Program-made: the position numbers and the translations under genes | Notes under the pieces: model-generated | Databases searched by the model: none | What the model saw: only the letters and a program-made list of their open reading frames with translations | Told to the model about the DNA's origin: nothing | Part shown: positions 18,231 to 29,000 of the stretch, one piece after another | How the letters are laid out: every line of letters starts with the position of its first letter | How positions within the stretch are numbered: the first letter of the stretch is position 1 | Assembly (NCBI GenBank): GCA_045651025.1 | Contig: JAZRRU010000077.1 | Coordinates: forward strand, 1 to 40,454 | DNA: 40,454 nucleotides | Direction of reading: 5' to 3' | DNA from: Eubacteriales bacterium | Lineage (GTDB): Bacteria > Bacillota > Clostridia > Oscillospirales > CAG-382

Positions 18231-19580
18231 TTATACTATAATATCCGAAAGTTTCATACCGTTACTTGCTTTGTAAAGCACGGTATCGTCTTTTTCCAGA
18301 AATGATTCGAGAAAGTTTTTCAATTCATCGCGTTCTTCTTTACCGAACGAATAGGTCTCGGGCATATTTGAAGAACGCGCGATATTTTTCGACAATTCGC
18401 CGTAAGTAACAAGCACATCGGCGCTGTTACGCACGGATTCGCCGAGCTGTGCGTGCAGAAGAACGGTATCCTTTCCGAGCTCGAGCATATCACCCAAAAC
18501 GGCGATACGTCTTCCCTTCTTGTAGGTCGAGAGAACCGAGAGTGCGGCTCTCATAGACTCGGGAGAAGCGTTATAGCAATCGGAAATAACGGTATGGCCG
18601 TCTTTTTCGAACACGTGCTGACGTCTTCCGTCGCTTTCGTAATTCGAGAGCGCATCCGCGCACTTTTTGAGATCACAACCAAGTAAAGATGCAGTTGCGA
18701 GCGCGAAAAGCGAGTTCAACACAAAATGCTTTCCTCTCGCGGGAACGAACGCCGAGACTTCTTTTCCGAACACCGAAGCAACGAACTCGACTCCGTTTTC
18801 GGTCTCTGAAACATTCTTCGCGAAGCAATCGTTATTTTCAGAATCATCACAAGATATATAATATACCTTTTTATCTCCAAAATCAATATCGCGAAGCAAA
18901 GGTTCGTCGCCGTTGAGCAAAAGAACCGAATCTTTTTTTGAGAATTTTGCTATTTTCAGTTTCTCGTCTCGTATCGCTTCTCGCGAGCCGAGGTTTTCAA
19001 GGTGGGAATATCCGATGTTCGTTACTATTGAAATATCGGGCTCGGCGCATCTGCTGATGCGTTCCATCTCGTCAGGCATACTCATTCCGAGCTCCCAAAC
19101 GGCACATTCGATATCGGAGCCGGTCGCAAGAACGGTTTGAGGAAGTCCGATCTGGCTGTTTGAGTTCCCTACCGTCTTGTGCACCGAAACGCAGGAGGAC
19201 AGTGCAAGTGCAACCATATCCTTCGTTGTCGTTTTTCCGACGGAGCCGGTTATGCCCACGACGGAGGTGTGGGTCAACTCGTTTTTTCGGTAATGGCGCG
19301 CAAGCTTTTGGAGCGCGTCTCTTACGTCGTCAACGAGGATGCAGTTTCCGTAATCGGGCATATATTCCGAATTATCCATAATCGCGCTATGACCGTTTTT
19401 CAGCAGATCGGGGACGAACGTGTTTCCGTCAACGCGTTCGCCGACAAGCGCGAGGAAAAGTTTTGATTCCGACGGAGTACGGCTGTCGCTGTAAAAACCG
19501 TCAACAACATATTCGGCATCGGTTGTCGGGGAGAGCTTTCCGCCCACGGCAGACGCGATATACGCGAGAGTCATTTTCAT
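18231..19580 (-). CDS. murF: UDP-MurNAc-tripeptide D-Ala-D-Ala ligase
   Basis: DSR, GITGSVGKTTTK, N..IGLP, TNIG.SHLE, DCYNASPES, VLGDMLELG and KASNG. Confidence 0.95.
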   Translation of the reverse strand: MKMTLAYIASAVGGKLSPTTDAEYVVDGFYSDSRTPSESKLFLALVGERVDGNTFVPDLLKNGHSAIMDNSEYMPDYGNCILVDDVRDALQKLARHYRKNELTHTSVVGITGSVGKTTTKDMVALALSSCVSVHKTVGNSNSQIGLPQTVLATGSDIECAVWELGMSMPDEMERISRCAEPDISIVTNIGYSHLENLGSREAIRDEKLKIAKFSKKDSVLLLNGDEPLLRDIDFGDKKVYYISCDDSENNDCFAKNVSETENGVEFVASVFGKEVSAFVPARGKHFVLNSLFALATASLLGCDLKKCADALSNYESDGRRQHVFEKDGHTVISDCYNASPESMRAALSVLSTYKKGRRIAVLGDMLELGKDTVLLHAQLGESVRNSADVLVTYGELSKNIARSSNMPETYSFGKEERDELKNFLESFLEKDDTVLYKASNGMKLSDIIV

Positions 19581-21805
19581 TATTCTATTGCTTCCTCATA
19601 CAAAAATTCAAGTTCGATTACGGTACCGGGGAGAACGGTTTCGCCGCCTTTGATCGACTGTGATATAACGCGGCAATTTGTTAAATCGTTGTTGAAAATA
19701 CCCTTTATCGAAACGTTAAGGTTGCTGTTGAGAATTGCTTTAATCGCCTTTGAGGGCGAGTTATTAAGAACGTTCGGAACCTTAACGTTAACCTCGGGTG
19801 TTGCGCCCTCGGTGTAAAGGATAATAACACCGTCGGAGGAAATAACCGTTCCTGCCGAGGGAAGCTGTTCGATAACCTTATCGCCGCTTCCGCGTACGAC
19901 ACATTTGAGTCCAAGCTTTTCGATCTTCTGCTTCGCGGTCGAAAGCGCCTGATTTCGGTATTCCGAAACAGCAACGGTAGTCTCTTTGTCCGTATTCGGG
20001 CTTATGCCGAGGTGCGGGAGTGTTTCGCCGAGAATGTTTGCAACTACCGGCGCGGCTACAGCCGAACCGAAATGCTTGCCCGCAGTCGGATCGTCGACGA
20101 GGACAAGGACTGCAATTTTAGGGTCTTCGGCAGGAGCGAAAGACACGCACGAGCTGATATAGTCATCCTCTCGGACGGTGTCTCGTTTTTCCGACGTTCC
20201 TGTTTTTGAAACGATATTATAGCCGGAGACGCTTGCGTTTTTTGTTGAATTTGTGAGTGAAGTGATAATTTTATTACAGGTATCATTTGAAATCACCTGA
20301 CGTGAATTTTCATATTCAAAGGTTTTTACTACGTTGCCGTCATTATCCACGAGCGATTTAACAGCGTGAGGAACTACGAGGTAGCCGCCGTTTGCAACGG
20401 AAGAAACGGCACGGATGTGCTGAATCGGAGTTACCTTGAAGGTCTGGCCGAAAGAATAGACCGCAAGCTCGAGAGACTCGAACTGCGCGCCCGTCGTTCC
20501 GTAATAGATCGAGTTTGCTTCACCGACGACGTCGGTTCCTGTCAACTGAGTATAGCCAAACTCGTCAAAATACTTCTTGAATGTTTTCGTTCCGATCGAT
20601 GCGCCGATCTGAATAAATGCAGGGTTACAGGAGTTTACGAACGCTTCGCTGAACGACTGGGTTCCGTGACCGATCGTTTTGTGACAATGGATTCTCGTGC
20701 CTGCAACGGTATACACACCCGAGCATTTGAAGGTCGTGTTCTCATAACTTACCGTACCTTCCTCGAGCGCGACGGCCGCGGTTATGATCTTAAAGGTCGA
20801 GCCGGGCTCATAGGTTTGGGATGCGTTTGTGTTGTTCCACATCTCGTAGAGAAGCTTCGTTCTGTAAGCAGAGCGTTCTTCTTCGGTTCCTATGAAAAGA
20901 TCGTATTTATTCTGATAAAGGTCGGAGAGCTGGTTGTAATTATTCAAGTCGAACGACGGATAAATTGCAGATGCAAGCAACTCGCCGTTGTTTACGTCCA
21001 TTACGATACACTGGACTCTGCCGTTGGGTTTATGCTCCTCGTACGCCTGACGGATATACTTTTCGACGGTGTTCTGAATTGCCCAGTCGATCGTAGTTAC
21101 GACGCTCATACCATCGGTTGCGGGAATATACGTAGAGCCAACGCCCGAGTCGAGCTCGTTTCCGTATGCATCGGCGGCTTTTACGGATTTTCCGTCAATG
21201 CCCGCGAGATACTCGTCGTAAGTGGACTCGATTCCCGAAAGACCCTGGTTGTCAGAACCGGTAAATCCGAGGAGATGAGCCGCGAAGCTTCCGTAACGAT
21301 AATAGCGTTTTGTCGTTTCCTCGAGGTTGATCTTTCCGGTGAATTTATTTTCCGAAACGAATGCACGGACTGCCTGTTCTTCGGTTTCGGTGAGGAATTT
21401 TTTGATTATCTGATATTTCGATTTTTTCTTGTTCCCCTTTTGGATAATCTCCTCGCGATCTATGGAGAGTATCCTTGAGAGTCCGTCTGCGATAGAATTA
21501 AGCTGAGCTTCGTCCTCGATATCAAACGGAGAGATAAAGCAGTTATAGACGGTTGCGCTTACCGCAAGCTCGGTCGTGCCGTCGTTTGCGTAGATTGCGC
21601 CTCGTTTTGCGGGGATCGTTACAGAGCTCGTATACTGATCGAGTGCCTGCGTTCTGTAGTCCTTCGGGTCGAATATCTGGAGATAGGCAAATCTGACGCA
21701 AAGCAGAAACATAAATACCAAAATGAGTATCAGTGCACTCTTGCCGCGCGATGCGATTACACGCCCTATTCCCGACGGGGTATATTTTTTGGTTTGGGCT
21801 GCCAT
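19580..21805 (-). CDS. Class B penicillin-binding protein (FtsI/SpoVD-like) with C-terminal PASTA domains
   Basis: N-terminal TM, RG.IY, RYY, G.SGIE; catalytic S-T-F-K, S-C-N and K-T-G motifs; two PASTA-like repeats. Confidence 0.92.
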   Translation of the reverse strand: MAAQTKKYTPSGIGRVIASRGKSALILILVFMFLLCVRFAYLQIFDPKDYRTQALDQYTSSVTIPAKRGAIYANDGTTELAVSATVYNCFISPFDIEDEAQLNSIADGLSRILSIDREEIIQKGNKKKSKYQIIKKFLTETEEQAVRAFVSENKFTGKINLEETTKRYYRYGSFAAHLLGFTGSDNQGLSGIESTYDEYLAGIDGKSVKAADAYGNELDSGVGSTYIPATDGMSVVTTIDWAIQNTVEKYIRQAYEEHKPNGRVQCIVMDVNNGELLASAIYPSFDLNNYNQLSDLYQNKYDLFIGTEEERSAYRTKLLYEMWNNTNASQTYEPGSTFKIITAAVALEEGTVSYENTTFKCSGVYTVAGTRIHCHKTIGHGTQSFSEAFVNSCNPAFIQIGASIGTKTFKKYFDEFGYTQLTGTDVVGEANSIYYGTTGAQFESLELAVYSFGQTFKVTPIQHIRAVSSVANGGYLVVPHAVKSLVDNDGNVVKTFEYENSRQVISNDTCNKIITSLTNSTKNASVSGYNIVSKTGTSEKRDTVREDDYISSCVSFAPAEDPKIAVLVLVDDPTAGKHFGSAVAAPVVANILGETLPHLGISPNTDKETTVAVSEYRNQALSTAKQKIEKLGLKCVVRGSGDKVIEQLPSAGTVISSDGVIILYTEGATPEVNVKVPNVLNNSPSKAIKAILNSNLNVSIKGIFNNDLTNCRVISQSIKGGETVLPGTVIELEFLYEEAIE

Positions 21806-21921
21806 AAATTAATCTCCTTTTGATAGCAGGAATGGGTAAAGCGAAAATTATCGCTTTACCCGTTATATAGATATATTCCGAAGTATAAAATTAATGACTT
21901 TTATGCAAAAATGTACTATCT

Positions 21922-22455
21922 TCAGTCACCCATAAAGTCTCTGATAACTTCGCCGAGACCTGTGAGCAAGAAGCCGAAGCCGCCCTCTTCACCGTCGTCA
22001 TATTTATGCATTTCGGTCTTGTCATGTTGCTCGGTCGTGATGATGTGAACGTTGCTTTCGGGAACGTTTTTCGTCATACCGAGATTTTCGGACGCATAAC
22101 GCTCGATATCAGTGAGGTCATACTTATTGGAAAGAGTTACCTTTAGGTCCGCCTGTTCTTTTTCGAGCTTCGTGAGCTGGCTGTTAAGTCCCGCGATTTC
22201 GCTGCGGTATTTGTCAACCTCAGCATAGTTCATCATCATAAAGAGGAAAAGCGCGGTCATGATTACTGCGCATGCAACGACAGACCAAGGGAAAGGCGCT
22301 TTGTCTTTTTTCTTGATGCTGATGACCTGAGGTGCACGAACTGCATGAAGGTTTTTCTGCTTTGCGGCAGGTCTTTTTGCCTTTTTTACGACAGGTTGCG
22401 AGTTTTTCTTTACGGTTGTAACACAATTCGCATTATTTCGCATTTCGTTCATCAT
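21922..22455 (-). CDS. FtsL-like cell division protein
   Basis: Basic N-terminus, one TM helix and a coiled coil ending IERYASENLGM; canonical position after rsmH. Confidence 0.7.
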   Translation of the reverse strand: MMNEMRNNANCVTTVKKNSQPVVKKAKRPAAKQKNLHAVRAPQVISIKKKDKAPFPWSVVACAVIMTALFLFMMMNYAEVDKYRSEIAGLNSQLTKLEKEQADLKVTLSNKYDLTDIERYASENLGMTKNVPESNVHIITTEQHDKTEMHKYDDGEEGGFGFLLTGLGEVIRDFMGD

Positions 22456-22476
22456 TTTCGCCTTTCTTCCATCTTT

Positions 22477-23406
22477 TTATACTTTTTCGCAAACACGCAA
22501 TTTTGCGCTGTGCGATCTGCTGTTGTTTTCAAGTTCTTCCTCGGTCGGAAGGATCGGTTTTTTCGTCAAAATCTTCACCGCCTGCTTCTTTCCGCAAACG
22601 CAAACGGGAAAGTCGGACGGGCAGGTACAGGGACGCTCGAGCTTTTGGAACGCGGTTTTTACAAGTCGGTCCTCCAAGGAATGGAACGTGATTATCGCCA
22701 TTCTTCCGCCGACGTTCAGAAGTTCCGATCCCGCGTTGATTGCCTTCGGGATCGCCTCGAGCTCGGAGTTGACCTCAATTCGTATTGCCTGAAAGCTTCT
22801 TTTTGCGGGGTTACCGCCTTCGAAGCGGTTTTTCTGAGGAATCGCTGAAGTGATAACCTCTGCAAGTTCAAGAGTCGTTTTTATCGGGGAATCGTTACGC
22901 TTTGTGCATATTTTATACGCAATTTTTGATGCGAAGCGTTCTTCTCCGTATTCCTTGAGGATGCGCGCAAGCTCGCGTTCGCTGTATGTGTTGACAACCT
23001 CGTATGCGGTAAGCGGTGCGGTCCTGTCCATACGCATATCAAGCGGTGCATCTTTTATGTAGGAAAATCCGCGTTCGGCAACGTCAAGCTGATGTGACGA
23101 AACGCCGAGGTCCATGAGTATGCCGTCAACGCGGTCAAAGCCCGCGGATTCGACCGCAGAAGCGATATTCTCGAAGTTTTCCTTGACGGTTATCAAGCGA
23201 GGGTCGTTGATTTTCTCTTTTGCGTTTGCAAGCGCATCGTCATCGCGGTCGATACCGTTAACTCTGCCGTTTTCACCGAGCTTTGAGAGTATCAAGGACG
23301 TATGCCCTGCACCGCCGAGGGTACAGTCAACGTAAACGCCGTCGGGCTTCACGTCAAGTGCATCGACTGTTTCGTTAAGGAGAACGGATATATGAGAAAA
23401 TTCCAT
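22477..23406 (-). CDS. rsmH: 16S rRNA m4C1402 methyltransferase
   Basis: HISVLL, DCTLGGAGH, DLGVSSHQLD, PLDMRMD, FQAIRIEVN, FHSLEDRLVK and SAKLR. Confidence 0.97.
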   Translation of the reverse strand: MEFSHISVLLNETVDALDVKPDGVYVDCTLGGAGHTSLILSKLGENGRVNGIDRDDDALANAKEKINDPRLITVKENFENIASAVESAGFDRVDGILMDLGVSSHQLDVAERGFSYIKDAPLDMRMDRTAPLTAYEVVNTYSERELARILKEYGEERFASKIAYKICTKRNDSPIKTTLELAEVITSAIPQKNRFEGGNPAKRSFQAIRIEVNSELEAIPKAINAGSELLNVGGRMAIITFHSLEDRLVKTAFQKLERPCTCPSDFPVCVCGKKQAVKILTKKPILPTEEELENNSRSHSAKLRVCEKV

Positions 23407-23408
23407 AA

Positions 23409-23828
23409 TCAGAAACCTATCGTTTCGAGTTTTTGAGCAACGTCTTCGTTGCCGATATTCTGCTGTTCGTTATCCCATTCGGCAGCGGACCAAAGTTCAA
23501 GGTGTGTGCTGTTACCGACGATAACTACTTCTTTTTCGAGAGATGCAAATTCGCGATAGATCTGGGAAAGGGTTACTCTTCCCTGCGAATCGATCGTGCC
23601 GTCAGAAGCACCGGAAAAAAAGAAACGGCGAATGTGACGGTCTCTCGCAAAGGAAAGCTCTTCGAGCTTTGCGGTAAAGCGTTCCCATTCTTCAACGGGG
23701 TAAATGCAGACGCATTTGTCAAGTCCGCGAGAAAATACAAATTCCTCGCCGATCTTTTCACGGAATTTTGCGGGGATAAACAGACGACCTTTTGAGTCGA
23801 TGTTATGTCTATACTCGCCTATGAACAT
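23409..23828 (-). CDS. mraZ: dcw cluster transcriptional repressor MraZ
   Basis: MFIGEY...D.KGR..IPAKFR, a second D.QGR repeat and LELW; first gene of the cluster. Confidence 0.96.
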   Translation of the reverse strand: MFIGEYRHNIDSKGRLFIPAKFREKIGEEFVFSRGLDKCVCIYPVEEWERFTAKLEELSFARDRHIRRFFFSGASDGTIDSQGRVTLSQIYREFASLEKEVVIVGNSTHLELWSAAEWDNEQQNIGNEDVAQKLETIGF

Positions 23829-23880
23829 CGTCGTTTTCCCCTTTCTTCAAGCGTGCTTTTCGTGTCTTTGTGGACTTTTG

Positions 23881-23947
23881 CTCCACTACACTCCACTTTC
23901 CGCCTCTAATATGCACTCATTATACTCTTTGGCTATAAAAATTGCAA
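23881..23947 (-). promoter_or_regulatory. mraZ promoter with MraZ-binding direct repeats
   Basis: TTGCAA (23947-23942)-17 nt-TATAAT (23924-23919), then GAGGCG, GTGGAG and GTGGAG at exact 10-bp periodicity (23906-23881), matching Firmicute GTGG[A/T]G MraZ boxes. Confidence 0.8.
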
Positions 23948-24281
23948 TAGTTAGGGAAAACTATTTAAATTGATTATGAATACCCTTTCGTCATTATGAC
24001 CACGACATTTTCCTTTGCATTGCAACGGTTTTCGACTTTTCGGGAGGTCGAAAAGTCGTGAACGGTGTGAAATTTTTTGTAATTATGTCAACGAACGTGC
24101 GTTCGCTTCTCCGTATTTTCGCGAGAGATAAGAATTTTAAAAGCAAAGCATCGATTGTGGGAGAATAATGTTTTCTTCCATTTCGGCGATTGCGAGAATT
24201 TTTTTTGATATTTCGATTTTATGTGTAAAGTGACGCTGAAATTCGTTGTTTTATTTTAATTAACGATAAACTTAAAAAAGA

Positions 24282-24319
24282 AAAAAGCTGTCGCAGTTTT
24301 TGTACTGTAACAGCTTTTT
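24282..24319. terminator. Terminator of the pur-fhs operon
   Basis: aaaaagctgt-cgcagt...actgta-acagcttttt inverted repeat just past the fhs stop codon. Confidence 0.75.
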
Positions 24320-24337
24320 GTTTTAAAATATTATTTT

Positions 24338-26014
24338 TTAGAAAAGTCCGGTAATGACTCCGTCTTCGCCGACGTCAATACGCTCAGCGGCAGGAACCTT
24401 CGGGAGTCCGGGCATCGTAAGGATGTCGCCCGTAAGGACTACGATAAATCCGGCACCTGCAGAGATCTTCACGTTTTTGACGGTGATCTTGAAGTTTTCG
24501 GGCGCACCGAGCTTTTTCGGATCGTCGGAAAAGCTATACTGCGTTTTTGCGATACAAACGGGGCATTTTCCGAATCCGAGGGACTCGAGCTTCTCGATCT
24601 GCTTTTTTGCGGAGGGAGTCAAAATAATTCCGTCGCCGCCGTAAACCTTTTTTACAACAGAATCGATCTTTTCCTCGATCGAGCAATCGGACTCATAGGA
24701 GAAGGTGAAATCTCCTTTTTCCTCTTCGCAGAGGCGTACGACCTCGCGTGCGAGCTCTTCCCCGCCCTTTCCGCCGTCTGCCCAGACGGTCGAGAGAACG
24801 GTATTAACACCGAGTTCACGGCATTTTTCGATGATGAATTCGATTTCTTTATCGGTATCGGTCGGGAAACGGTTTACTGCAACCACGCAGGGAAGCTTGT
24901 AAACGTTCTTTATATTCGAAACGTGGCGGAGAAGGTTCGGGATTCCGCGTTCGAGCGCGGAGATATCCTCGGTTGCGAGTTCGTTCTTCGCAAGACCGCC
25001 GTGCATTTTCAACGCACGTACGGTTGCAACCATAACGACCGCGTCGGGAGTCAAGCCCGCGGCACGGCACTTGATATCAAGGAATTTTTCAGCGCCGAGA
25101 TCAGCGCCGAAGCCCGCCTCGGTAATTGCGTAATCGCCCATCTTGAGCGCCATCTTCGTAGCCATAACCGAGTTACAGCCGTGAGCAATATTCGCGAAGG
25201 GACCGCCGTGAACGAAAGCAGGCGTACCCTCGAGAGTCTGAACAAGGTTCGGTTTCAAAGCGTCTTTCAAAAGCGCGGTCATCGCGCCAGCCGCTTTCAG
25301 CTCACCGCAGGTTACGGGTTCGTCGTTGTAGGTATAGCCAACGATGATATTCGAAAGTCGGTTTTTGAGATCGGTCAACGAGTCCGAAAGGCAGAGGACT
25401 GCCATAATTTCGGATGCTACGGTGATATCAAAGCCGTCTTCACGCGGGACGCCGTTCGCAACACCGCCCATACCGTCAACGATAAAACGAAGCTGGCGGT
25501 CGTTCATATCAACGCAACGCTTCCACGTGATGCGACGGGGGTCGATGTTGAGCTCGTTGCCCTGTTTGATATGGTTATCGAGCATTGCCGCGAGAAGGTT
25601 ATTTGCCGCGCCTATTGCATGGAAGTCACCCGTGAAGTGAAGGTTGATATCCTCCATGGGAACGACCTGCGCATAGCCGCCGCCTGCCGCACCGCCTTTT
25701 ACACCGAAAACGGGACCGAGGGACGGTTCGCGCAGAGCAACGGTAACGTCCTTGCCGATGCGCCCCAAGCCATCGGCAAGTCCGATCGTAGTCGTCGTCT
25801 TCCCTTCGCCCGCAGGCGTCGGGGTTATCGCGGTCACGAGGACGAGTTTTCCGTCTTCTTTTTTCGTTTCCTTCAAGAGCGAAAGATCGATCTTCGCTTT
25901 ATATTTACCGTATTGTTCGAGATATTTTTCGTCAACGTGCGCAATGGAAGCGATTTCTTGAATCGGTCTCATTTTGCAGCTTTGAGCGATTTCGATATCG
26001 GTTTTATATTGCAT
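24338..26014 (-). CDS. fhs: Formate--tetrahydrofolate ligase
   Basis: [48 protein letters not shown] and TMPGLP; ATG 26014 chosen from AGGAG spacing. Confidence 0.97.
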   Translation of the reverse strand: MQYKTDIEIAQSCKMRPIQEIASIAHVDEKYLEQYGKYKAKIDLSLLKETKKEDGKLVLVTAITPTPAGEGKTTTTIGLADGLGRIGKDVTVALREPSLGPVFGVKGGAAGGGYAQVVPMEDINLHFTGDFHAIGAANNLLAAMLDNHIKQGNELNIDPRRITWKRCVDMNDRQLRFIVDGMGGVANGVPREDGFDITVASEIMAVLCLSDSLTDLKNRLSNIIVGYTYNDEPVTCGELKAAGAMTALLKDALKPNLVQTLEGTPAFVHGGPFANIAHGCNSVMATKMALKMGDYAITEAGFGADLGAEKFLDIKCRAAGLTPDAVVMVATVRALKMHGGLAKNELATEDISALERGIPNLLRHVSNIKNVYKLPCVVAVNRFPTDTDKEIEFIIEKCRELGVNTVLSTVWADGGKGGEELAREVVRLCEEEKGDFTFSYESDCSIEEKIDSVVKKVYGGDGIILTPSAKKQIEKLESLGFGKCPVCIAKTQYSFSDDPKKLGAPENFKITVKNVKISAGAGFIVVLTGDILTMPGLPKVPAAERIDVGEDGVITGLF

Positions 26015-26029
26015 TTCTGTCACTCCTGA

Positions 26030-29000
26030 TTATTTAAAATAACGTACAGCCGCCTCGAACATCTTTATGTCATATTCGCCGGGGACATTCTTGTAAAGTC
26101 CCGAGCCGATACGTTCGCTATGGCCCATCTTACCGAAGACTCTGCCGTCGGGAGAGGTGATACCTTCGATAGCGCACATAGAGCCGTTCGGGTTGTAATG
26201 AACATCGCCCGAAGCAACTCCGTCAAGATCAACGTACTGGGTAGCGATTTGGCCGTTTGCAGCAAGTTCTTTGATAAGCTCTTCGCTTGCGAGGAAGCGT
26301 CCTTCACCGTGAGATATCGGAACGTTATAAACGTCACCGACATTGGTGAGAGCAAGCCAAGGAGACTTGTTCGATGCGACACGGGTACGAACGATTCTCG
26401 ACTGGTGGCGGGAGATCGTGTTGAAGGTAAGAGTCGGGCAGGACTCATCGGTGTCGATGATCTTTCCGTAAGGAACCAATCCGAGCTTGATGAGTGCCTG
26501 GAAGCCGTTACAGATACCGCACATCAAGCCGTCGCGGTTTTCGAGAAGGTCGGCAACGCCGTCTTTGATCTCCGCGTTACGGAAGAATGCGGTTATGAAC
26601 TTACCGCTTCCGTCGGGTTCGTCACCGCCCGAGAAGCCGCCGGGGATGAAGATCATCTGCGCGGTTCTGAGCTCGTTTGCAAATCTCTCAACGCTTTCAC
26701 GGATGCCCGATGCGGAGAGGTTGTTTATAACAATTATTTCAGGTTCTGCACCTGCATCGCGAACCGCTTTTGCAGAGTCGAACTCACAGTTCGTACCGGG
26801 GAATGCAGGGATAAGAACCTTCGGTTTTGCGGATTTGATTCTCGGAGATACGCGCTCAGCCGCTTCATAGTTAAAGGTCGGGATATCGGATGCGCTGTCG
26901 GCGATATTGCAGGAATAAACGCTTTCGAGTTTATCTTCATAAACGCCGAGGATCTCGTTAAGACAAATCTTTTCGTCGCCCTTTGCGATGATGCCGTTAT
27001 CGGTAACTTCACCGATAAGCTTGCCGCAGCCGACACATTCGGTAACTTCGAGGATGAACGAGCCGTAGTTATAGCCGAAGAGCTCGTTGAGAGAAAGCTC
27101 GTCGGAATAAGTGAAGCCGAGCATATTACCGAAGCACATCTTCATTACTGCCTCAGCAACACCGCCGATACCGAGAGTGTAGCAGGAAACTGCTTTTCCG
27201 CTTCTCAAAAGCTCGGTGACTTTGTTGAAGGTTGCTATGAGAGATTCTGCCTTCGGGAGTTTATCGGAGCCGAATTCGGGAGAAAGCATAATAACTTTAT
27301 TTCCTGCTTTCTTGAACTCGGGAGAAACGACGTCATCGGTCTTCCCTGCCGTTACGGCGAAGGAAACGAGAGTCGGGGGTACGTCGAGGTCTTCGAACGA
27401 GCCGCTCATAGAGTCTTTACCGCCGATAGAACCGATTCCGAGTTCCATCTGCGCTCTGAACGCGCCGAGGAGTGCGCTCATGGGCTTGCCCCAGCGTTTT
27501 GCATCCTTGCCGAGGCGTTCGAAATATTCCTGGAACGTCAAGTAAACGTCTTTGAATTCCGCGCCGGTTGCGATGAGCTTTGCAACAGATTCAACAACAG
27601 CGAGATAAGCGCCGTGGAAGGGGCTCTGCTCGGTGATGAAGGGGTTATAGCCCCAAGACATGAACGAGCAGTTATCGGTATGCTTATTCTCGACGGAAAT
27701 CTTCTGAACCATCGCCTGAATCGGGGTGTGCTGGAACTTACCGCCGAAGGGCATAAGAACGGTGCCTGCACCGATCGTAGAGTCGAAGCGTTCGGAAAGA
27801 CCGCGTTTTGAGCAAACGTTGAGGTCGGATGCGAGGTTTTTATAATTTTCGGTAAACGTACCGGAAACGGTTTTTTCGGAAATGGAAGCGAGGGCGGTTT
27901 CGATCTCGATATGCTTATCAGCGCCGTTCGAGTTGAGGAACTCACGGCTGATATCAACGATCTTATTGCCGTTCCAGTTCATAACGAGACGGGGTTCTGC
28001 CTGAACGGTTGCAACCTGAACCGCACTCAAGTTTTCGGTGTAAGCAAGTTCAAGGAAGCGTTCAACGTCTTTTGCTTCAACAACGACAGCCATACGTTCC
28101 TGCGATTCGCTTATTGCGAGCTCGGTTCCGTCAAGGCCCTCGTATTTCTTCGGAACTGCGTTAAGGTCGATAACGAGACCGTCGGCAAGTTCGCCGATCG
28201 CAACCGAAACACCGCCTGCGCCGAAGTCGTTACAGCGTTTTATGAGACGGCTTGCCTCAGCGTTACGGAAGAGGCGCTGGAGCTTACGTTCCTCGGGAGC
28301 GTTACCCTTCTGAACCTCTGCACCGCAGGTTTCGAGAGATTTCGAGGTGTGAGACTTCGAAGAACCGGTTGCACCGCCGCAACCGTCTCTGCCGGTTGCA
28401 CCGCCGAGAAGGATAATAGCGTCGCCTGCTTCGGGACGTTCACGACGGACGTTTTCTGCAGGAGCGGCAGCGATAACCGCACCGATTTCCATACGTTTTG
28501 CGGCATAGCCGGGGTGATAAATCTCGTCAACGATACCGGTTGCAAGACCGATCTGGTTACCGTAGGAGGAATAGCCCGCCGCAGCGGTAGTAACGATCTT
28601 ACGCTGAGGAAGCTTGCCTTTTATCGTCTCGGAAACGGGCTTCAAGGGGTCTGCCGCGCCCGTAACGCGCATCGCGCCGTAAACGTACGATCTACCCGAA
28701 AGGGGGTCACGAATCGCACCGCCGATACAGGTAGCCGCGCCGCCGAAGGGCTCGATCTCTGTCGGGTGGTTGTGAGTTTCGTTCTTGAAGAGGAGAAGCC
28801 ACGGCTCGGTAACACCGTCAACCTCGATATCGAGTTTTACGGTACAAGCGTTGATTTCTTCGGACTCATCGAGTTTGTCAAGCTTGCCGTTCTTTTTGAG
28901 ATATCTTACGGCAAGAGTCGCGATATCCATAAGGCAGACGGGTTTCGTTCTGCCGAGTTCTTTGCGGGTTTCGATATATTTATCGTACGCTTCTTTCAAA

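Noticed and set aside
21865-21921. Possible sporulation sigma-factor promoter upstream of the PBP gene
   Set aside because: The AT-rich sequence fits such degenerate consensus motifs too easily to support a call by eye.
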